A stretch of DNA of 56,923 nt, from the NCBI GenBank assembly GCA_963575745.1, contig CAUYUJ010000054.1, positions 62,001 through 118,923 on the forward strand, in the 5' to 3' direction. The stretch is from Prorocentrum cordatum. Taxonomy: Eukaryota. Positions 38,014-47,000 of this stretch are shown one piece after another. Positions within the stretch are counted from its first letter, which is position 1. Every line of letters starts with the position of its first letter. Under the pieces are notes generated by a model, which saw only the letters and a program-made list of their open reading frames with translations, did no database searches and was not told the DNA's origin. Position numbers and translations under genes: made by a program.

Positions 38014-41000
38014 TTGCTAGCACCGTCGCTGCTCGCTCTTCGGCGGGCGGTGCGGACAGGGCCCATGCCACGTCCTGCCGTTGGCAGGTCTCTCCAGCCT
38101 GCACCAGTCTGGTGGTCTTCGGCGCTCTCCACGCCGACTTCGGCGCAAAACTCCTCTCCCTCCTCCTTCGCCTTCTCCCCCTTGGCCTTTGGGGCGGCGG
38201 AGCAGGAGGCCCATCTGAGGAGAGGAGTAGGAGGGGGGCCTCACACGCCGCAGCGCCACGCCTTGCGCCGTGGCGCAGCGCCAGCCCTCGTCTCGGGCGT
38301 TCAAAGTGCCGCCGCGCCTGGGGTCTCAGCCGCCGCTTCTACGCAAGACTTTCAGCCGCCGCGACAGAGACGCCCGACGGAGGGCACAGTGGCCAAAGGC
38401 GCTCCGACGCGCCGCCCAAGGGCTTCAGCCGCCGCGCAAGCCATGCCCGCCATTCCTGCTGCCAGCGAACCCAATGCCAGCGTGTTCAACGCCGAAGCAC
38501 CAGAGGGGTGCCCTGCGAAGATAACTGCGCTCTTGGGAAGGGAAGTGGTGGACGAGGATCTCTCTTACCTCCCCCCAACTCCTTCTCCTTGCCTCTACTC
38601 CGCCACCTGGCTCACCTGTGCCGCTAGGCATGGCGACCACTTTGTGGGCCCCGCCTGCTCCACCGTGGGCGGGGGAGCGTCACTCGCGGGGCACACGGGC
38701 TTTGCCGCCGCCTCGGTTTCCTGGCCTTCGGCTGGAGGCATCGCCGCGGCCACTTCTGCCGACGATGCTGCTCGGACCGCCGGGGGCGGATACATTCGCG
38801 CACCTCCAGGCTTGGACCCGCTGCCTCCTGGGCCTCCGGTCAGGCAGATTGGGCCGCCTCCGGGCCTTGACGTCTTGGAGGTTGGTTCCCAGAGGCTCAG
38901 TGCGGCATGCCCGCGCCGTGGCGCGGCTGCGGCTTGGAGCCCCACGGTCGTCTATCAGGTCCGACCTGGGGCCACGGCGTCAGAGGCCGCGCTTCCTCTA
39001 CTGAGGACGCCGCCTCCGCCGCCACAGGGTCGCCCCTGGAGCGGTGCGTTGGCCCTGGTGGAGGCGGGGTGCTCCGTCGTCCCTCCTCGGGGTTCTTCGG
39101 CGGCCATGTCCGACTGCGGCCTTGACGGGGGTAGTCCCTCCTTTTCGAGGGCGGCGCCGCGGTGTGGCTCGAAAGGGGTTGGTATGCGCCCTGCCAGCGA
39201 TGCTGATACGGCCCCGCAGGGAGGGGCTCGTACCGCCCCCCCAGCCGCCACCGCAGTCCACCAGCCTGGCACCCCGCCGCGGAGCGGCCCCAGGGCCACC
39301 TCGGCCTTACGCGCCGACCTCCACTTGTGGGACCTGCACACGGGCTCCGACACTCAGGGTGTGGATCCGCCGCCAGGCCTCTCCGGCTCCGAAGCAGGCT
39401 CACGGGTGCCGCCTTTGGTCGACCTCCGCGCGGCCCTTGCCTCGGATGGGGTGCAGCTGTTTAGCAGCGGGAGTATGCCGTGCACTGCGGCGTCGCCACT
39501 TCTGTCCGAGCGCTTCACGGTCGCCGACGGTGACCGCGCGGCCAGCGGAACACCCCTGAGCGCGGACTGGCATCGTGTCTCCGGGGATTCGCCCTCCCAG
39601 GCCAGGCATCTGAGGCCACCGTCCGGAGTTGCCGTCCCAGAAGCGGATGTTCATGCGCCGCCGCCGCTCCACCGTAGCGCGGTTGGTCCCGCCTCACTTC
39701 GGGCGGGCGCTGCCCGTGGGCGCATGTGGTATGGTGAGCGCGCAGGGCTCCTGCCTTTCACTAACCTCGAGGGCGGTGTCGGCGCGCCAGCTGCCGGAGG
39801 GCCACCTCCCCAGTCAAGCGCCCGGGGCGCTTGCACTTGTAACGCAGCGGGCACTCAAGCAGCGGAGTCAACTCCAGGCCTCGTCGGCTCCGCCGCGGGC
39901 TCCTCGGGTGAAGGCGTCGCCGCAGCCGCAGCCATTCCAGCGCGGCCCCGACGCCTCTCGTGCGATCGGATCCAGGGCCTCGCCGCGTCGATCCCTGCTC
40001 GCGCTCGCGAGCGCCTGCTGGCCGACCCTCGTGGTCTGAGCTCTTCTCCGTCACCACTGGTAGGCATGCGCCCTTCCAGCGATGCTGTTACGGCCCCGCA
40101 GGGAGGGGTTCGTGCCGCCGGTGGGAAGTCAGGAGCGGGCTCGTCCACGGCGGCCGCGACGCCCCGGGATGCGGTCCCTGCGTTCTGCTCTGTCCGAGGG
40201 GCCGCTTTCGCCACGGGCTCCTCGGGCGAATGCGCCGCCGCAGCCGTTGCCACTCCAGCGCGGCCCCGACGCCTCTCGTGCGATCGGATCCAGGGCCTCG
40301 CCGCGTCGATCCCTGCTCGCGCTCGCGAGCGCCTGCGGGCCGACCCTCGTGGTCTGAGCCCTTCTCCGTCCCCACTGGTCGGCATGCGCCCCTCCAGCGA
40401 TGCTGTTACGGCCCCGCAGGGAGGGGTTCGTGCCGCCGGTGGGACGTCAGGAGCGGGCTCGTCCGCGGCGGCCGCGACTCCCCGGGATGCGGCCCCTGCG
40501 TTCCGCTCTGTCCGAGGGGCCGCTTTCGCCGCGGGCTCCTCGGATGAAGGCGTCGCCGCAGTCACTGCCACTCCAGCGCGGCCCCGACGCCGCTCGGCCT
40601 CCACCAACAGCGCTGCCGCACTCCCCGCCTTCAGGCTCCGACGAGTTCGTCGGGTCCGCACTCGGCGTGGAGGACGGCGGGGTCGTCGGGCCGTCGATGG
40701 TAGCTGCCGTGCCGCTCACGCTCCAGCCCATGCTGGTGCAGCTGCCTCGTCTTCGGACGCCCTTTCTGGTGCTTCAGAGGCCGCTTCTGGGGCCCCTGTC
40801 CAAGGGAGCCGCCGCTCGCGCTTCAATCGGAGCGTGCGCGAGGAAGCGGCAGCAATGTTGCGCTTCGGAAGTGCACCGCCCGTTGTCGTGCCTCCTGCGG
40901 CTGGAGCCCCGCCACGGTTTTCAGCTTCAGCCGAAGCTGCGGGGGCCCCGTCGGTAGGCATGTGCTCTGCCGGCGATGCTGGTGCGGCCCCGCAGGAAGG

Positions 41001-44000
41001 GGCTCGTGCCGCCGACGGGGTCACCGCGGAGGGGGGTGCACGCGCCGCCCAGGCCAGCGGCTACCAAGGCGGAGCCCCCGACGAGCCTCCTCGGCTCCAA
41101 GCTGTCGGTGGCCCTGCCATGGACCAAGAGGGCTCCGGGCAGCCCCGAGCCGGCCCCGCCGACCAAGGTGCCTCTTACCCCCAATCTGTTGGAGCCGCCC
41201 ACGTCGGGCGGGTCGAACGGGGTGCTGGATGTGCTCGGCCGCCGCCGCCGGGGAGGTCTCATCCCGCGGCCGCCGCCCGCCGCTTCTGGACCGAGCGAGG
41301 TCGCGATGGTAGGGATGCGCAGGTGCAGCGCGGCTGTTTCGGCGCCGCTGGGCCCCGTGCGTGCCGCCATGGTGATTCTCGCTCGCTCCCAGGCGCTTCC
41401 CCCGCTCCTCCTGGCCATCCTGGTCCCAGCGTGGGCGTCGGGGCGCGCCCTGCGCCCTTCGCGCCTTGCCCTTTTCCCAGCACATCCCGTACCAGCACTG
41501 GCACTGGCAGGTCTGCGCCTTTCGTGGCCGATCTGTCCGCCTTGCTGCGCCTGTTTCCAGGCGCCAGCATCGACGTCACCCACTGGGCCGCTGCTCTTGC
41601 CCAGGTCGGGATGGGGACTCGATGCTCCCTTGCCGCTTTTACCCGCACATCTTTCTGCGCGCTGGAATGGGACGACTCGTACTTGTCGGGGTCGGCTCCC
41701 CGCGATCCTTGGCCGTGCCCTCCCTCGCCGCCTCTTCCGCCGCCACCTGGTCACCTTACGGGTCGCGCGCGGGAGCGCTGGCGTGTGAGGCGCGCCGCCC
41801 GCACGTTGTCGCAGCATGCTGTCGTTGCGCTCAACTGGCTCACCTTGGGTCATCCCAGCTTCGCTCCCGCCGAAGCTCGGGTGCGGGAAACGGTCACACC
41901 CTGCCAGGAGGGAGTTCGCAGTCGCCTCGAGCGTCTGTGTCGGATCGCAGTTCGCCTTGCCCGTGGTGGCAAGAGCGACCTTGGTCGGGCTTTCGCCAAG
42001 TTCGACTCCACCGAAGTCTCGCTCCATGGCCTGGCTACCCATGTTGCAGCTCTTGAGGCTTCGTTCACCTCTTCCTCACAAGTGCCCGCCCCCATGCGGC
42101 AACTCCCCGTCAGCGCGACGCCCCTGGCAAGCTCGTTGGCGGCCGCGGCAGGCTGGGACTCCACCCAGGCTGAGCCTTTCGACCTTCGGGTCCAGGCGTC
42201 CCGCATCAAGTGGGATTACTCTCCTACGTTTGATCCCACTCCGTACTTGTCCGACGATCTGGTACGTTCCGCCTTTCATGACCCCGACGTCATGCGGCTA
42301 CCAGAGGACGAGTGGCCTTCGGGCTTTTCGGGTGCTCGTGTGCACATGGACCGCGAGCAGCTGTGGGAGCTCTTGCGCAAGTGGGACTCTTGTGGCGCCC
42401 TGTATCTGACCCCCTCCGACAACCTCGCCTGGGACGAGGCTTGTGGAGCGTTCAGGGTCCCGAAGGACGAGGCTCATGACCGTCTCATCCTGAATCCGAC
42501 GGTAGTAAACAGTCGTTGCAGCAGCGTGTCCTCCAGCACTCAGCGCCTCGGCCAGGGTTTCCTCCTGTGCCGCCTGGGGCTCGCGCCCGGGGAATGGCTG
42601 GTGGTTTCGTGTGACGACCTGCGCGAGTTCTACTACACGTTCAAGGTCCCGCCCGCTCGTGCACGCCGCAACGCCCTCCGCGTCAAGCTGCCCAGCTCGC
42701 GGTTCAGAGGCTTCAACGCGTGGCGGGCAGACCTTGAGGGGTTGGACGTTTCTCCCTGCCTTAATGCGCTGGCCATGGGTGACAACATGGCAGTGGAGAT
42801 CGCCAACTCCGCACACGAGGGCGTGCTGCGCAGCTTCGGCGCGCTCCGGCCTTCCGAGCAGGCTGTGCATCGCCTGCCGTTCCCTCGGGGGCCGTACGTC
42901 GAGATGTTAAACATCGACGACCACACGGGCTTTCAGAAGCTCTCGTGGCGCGGGAGCGCCCCGCGCCCCGACGACCCGACACGCCGCGACAGGGAGGTCT
43001 TTGCTGCGTGCGATCGCGGCTACCCCCAGGTGGGTCTCATTCAGCACCCCGGGAAGAGAGCCAGGGGCGAGACCCACAAAGTCGTTGTCGGCGCCGAGGT
43101 GGAGGGCAGGATCGGCATCGTGTGTGCTCCCCTGGTTCGCACTGTGGCCCTTTGCCGCTTGACTCTGATTCAGGTGTTCCTCGGTCGCTCGACCCGGGCG
43201 TTGTTGAGCTCGCTCGTGGGTTGTTGGGTGCAGGTGTTTTTGTATCGACGTCCCATCCTGTCGATATTCACTCACATCTACACCTTCATCACGACACTTC
43301 CCGACGACGGGCTTGAGTATGAGCTCCCGTCTTCGGTTCGCGACGAATTGCAAGCCTGCACCTACCTTGCCTTCGTTGCGATGACCGACCTTCGGGCGAC
43401 GCCTTGCCCTGAAGTGTTCGGCACGGATGCCTCCCTCGGCTGGGGCGGTGTTGTCCGCAGCGACATCAGTTCGCACCTGTCACAAGAATTGTGGCGGCGC
43501 TCCGAGCACGGCGGCTGGCATACTCGTCTCCACGACCGCCACTTGCTCATGGTTCTGAGCCGCGGGGAACCTTTAGGCCCCGAGCTGACCCAGATACACC
43601 GCGAGGTGGGGCTTCCCTCCCTCGAGCTCCCCATCGCACCGCGCTGGGTCAGTGAGCTGTCGGAGGCGCTGCGTTTCCGTTTGGCCTACAAGTGGGAATT
43701 CCGCACGCCCCGCCACATCAATATCCTGGAGACCACCGTGTTCAAGAGTCTGTGCAAGTACTGTTGCATCCGCAACCCTGACTCACGGATCCCTGTTCTC
43801 TTGGATTCCCAAGTGGCACTAGGCGCGGCCGCCCACGGTCGGAGCAGCAGCCCTGGCCTTTCGCACGTGTTGAGCACCTGCTTGCCCTACATTTTGGGGG
43901 GCGGGCTCTACATGGGCGGGCTCTACGTCCCGACCGACGTCCACCGAGCGGACGACCCCACGCGCAATCGCCCTGTTCGCCCCCCCTCGCGTGTCGAGCC

Positions 44001-47000
44001 TGCTTGGTTGCTTGACATAGACGAGGGTCGCTTTGAGCGATTCGACATGATAGCGGCCGCCGACGCCGCCTCCGCGTACCCGACTTGTCTGTGGGGCCGG
44101 TTCGTGCTGCAAGTTCTGGCTCGCAGCCCCGCCGCGGGCGCAGGCCCGCTCGGGCACCCCGAGGATCGCCACGTGGGAGCGCCAGCCCGGGTCGACAGGG
44201 GCGACGCGACGGCCTCCGCCGAGGCCCGCGACGCATATGAAAGCGCCGCGCCGCGCAGGGGGGCTCCTGTCTCCGTCAAGGTGCCCTCGAGCGCGGCGGC
44301 GGTGAGCTTCTCCGCGTCGCGCTGCACTCGCGCCCGTGACAGCCTGCCGGCCGCCCCTCGGGTACCAAGCCCTTCGCCGTCCCCGCCGGTAGGCATGCGC
44401 CCTTCCAGCGATGCTGTTGCGGCCCCGCAGGGAGGGGTTCGCGCCGCCGGTGGAGGGCCAGGAGAGGGCGCGCCCGAGCGGAGGTCACGCGCCAAGAGCG
44501 ACGCAATCGCCGCTGCTCGACCTGGTACGCCCAAGGGGGACGCTCACCCCGTCTCGCTTCTGTCGGAGGCGAACGGCTCGGCTCCAGCTTCGTTGGGGGG
44601 TCTTCTGGGTCGTCCGTCCGTCACGACTCAGACTCGCCACCGCCAAGATCGTGCCGCCAAACTTGTTGCCGCGCTCGATTTGCTCCACCTGGAGCGCGGT
44701 GCGACCACTGATCGCGTGAACGCTCAGTTTCGACGGATGGGTTGGGCCTGCCATCCCGACCGCGATAAGTCGATCGAGGCCAGCAGGAAATGGCGTGCTC
44801 TCTGTGACGCCAAAGCCTTCCTCCTCGGGCCTGGGCGCGATGTTACCGGCCCCGATGCCCCGGCCTCTGGCGGCGCTACTCGCCGTGCTTTGGGCAGAGG
44901 GCTCTTGGCGGCGGGAAGGCGTGACGACGCGAACCGCTCGCGCGGGGTCGCCACTCGGGATTCGGCTCTCGACGCCTCCCTCGGTGCTCGCCTCCGCGGC
45001 ATGCCGGGGGAGCGTCGGAGCGCCCCTGGCGCGTCTCCAGACGCAGAGCCGAGCGCGGTCGCTAGCTGCAGCGACCCAGGGTCGCGGGCTGCGCCACGTT
45101 GTACGGTGCAGACCCCCGCGATGCCTACTGCCGCCATGCGACGCACGCAAGCTCGCCCGGAGGCCGACCTGGGGGCCGCCCGTACCGCGGCCGCGGTGCT
45201 CCCGCCCTTTCGAGCCAGCACCCTGCCCCCCCTGCCAGGGTGCCGCGCCGACGCCCATAGCGTCGCGCCGCGCGCCAGCTCTGCACCTGCCCTGCTGGCC
45301 GGGCGCTCGCTGGGCGCAGCGGCTATGCTGCGTGCTACCCGCGAGCGGACTGCCAGTGCGGCCACCGCCGGGGCGGCACATCACAGGGCCGTGCTTCCGT
45401 GGGGCCACAGCGCAGAGCGCAGCGAGGTGTCGCCGGCTCCCAGCTTTGCCGACTCCTGCTGCGCCGGCCAGCGTGCCGACTCTTGCGCCGCCCAGCTCAC
45501 CGCGTCCCGCGGCGACCAGCTCACTGACTTGCAGCCCTCCAAGCTCACCGACTCCCGCACCGACCAGCTCGCCGACTCCCGCGCCGACCAGATCGCCGAC
45601 TCGCGTGCCGAGGGGCTCGCCGACGCCCGCACCGACCAGCTCGCTGACGCCTTCACCCGTTCCGACTCCCGTGCCGATCCTCTCACCGGATTAGCATTGC
45701 GCACCAGCCGGGTCGTTGGCCCGACGGCCACGGTTGCGAGGCGCGTGCGTGACGAACGGCGCGCTCTGGCGCGGTTCCGTGCCTCGGTCGATGTTCTCGA
45801 CGCCGCTCTTACCGAAGTTGAATTCGGTCGAGGCGCGGAGGCTTGGGGTCCAAGTGCAGGAGAGCTGGCTGAGCTTTTGCAGACGACACTGGCCGAGCTC
45901 GAGCGCCAGAAGGCTGCGTTGCGCATCGCCCGCTCTCGCACTGCCGAGTGCGTCAGAGGGTCCGCTTCCGCCTCGGGCTTTTCGGGTGGAGGCGCCGCCG
46001 CAGCCGCTGCCGGCGCACCCCCGAGAGCTCCCGCCACGGCTGGTAGCGCTACTTTTGCAGCTCAAGCGAAGGAGCGTGCGGATAAGCACACGGCTAGCTA
46101 TCGCGACGTGGTCGAGGCTAGGGCTCATTCGGGCGCCCAGGCGTCGCATCCGCGCAAGCGCCGTGGCGTCGGGCGCCCGTGCTCTGCGGCGCCCGTCACG
46201 CCACGGACCGCCATTAGTTGCGATGAGCGCTCCCGCTCCGCAGCACCTGCCGCCACCCGCTCGGCCGCGTTTTCCGAGACGCTGTGCGCTGTTGACCGCA
46301 GGCGGCGCGAGCACTCCCCAGGACTCAGGCCTCTGATCCTGGACGGCACGGACCGCCAGCCGGAAGCCGCGCCGAGCACCGGCGAGGTCGTCGAGGCCCC
46401 CCGCGCCGAGCAACGCGGCCGCACCTCGCGTCGCAAGCGCAGGCGTGTTCGGGCTTCCGCCGGAGCGGCAGCTACCACTCCTGCCAATCCCTCTGGTCAA
46501 GAGCCGCCCGCGTCAGCCTTCGTGGCAGGGCGCCAGGACTGGCCTGCCTCTCTGGAGCCTGCCCTTCCCGAGGGGGCTTCCGAGGCCCTCGGGGTGAAGG
46601 TGGAGAGCCACTCTCGGCGCGTCCCCTCTTGCGGCGACCAGCGCACTCGTTCGCTTAAGGCGTTTGACGTGTGGTGCGCCGAGCACACAGGAGTGGCACT
46701 TGCCACATGGGCTCGCAGCGGCATCTTGCTCGGGAGAGCGCTCGCGACCTTCGGCGTGTGGTTGTACGATGCTGGCTTCCCCCGCCTCGTCCTCGTGAAT
46801 GCGATCCGGGGAGCACAGGCCCTTCAGCCCCACTGGAGGGGCTTCCTCACCGAGGCGTGGGATGTGGCGGAGCGGTGGATCCCTTCCAAGCCTCCCTGTC
46901 CCCTCCCACCGCTACCGCGTGCTCTGCTGCGCGCCATGGTAGCGTTGTGCCTCGCATGGGACTGGCCGGATATGGCCACCCTGCTGCTTGCCGGGTTCAC

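Noticed and set aside
36001..38627. Long ORFs of 688-807 aa (poly-Asp/Met/His/Ile)
   Set aside because: They are translations of the (GAT)n microsatellite running into the element's 5' end; not credible proteins.
44452..44472. GGPGEGA as a possible 2A-like ribosomal skipping site
   Set aside because: Lacks the D-x-E-x-N-P-G-P consensus.
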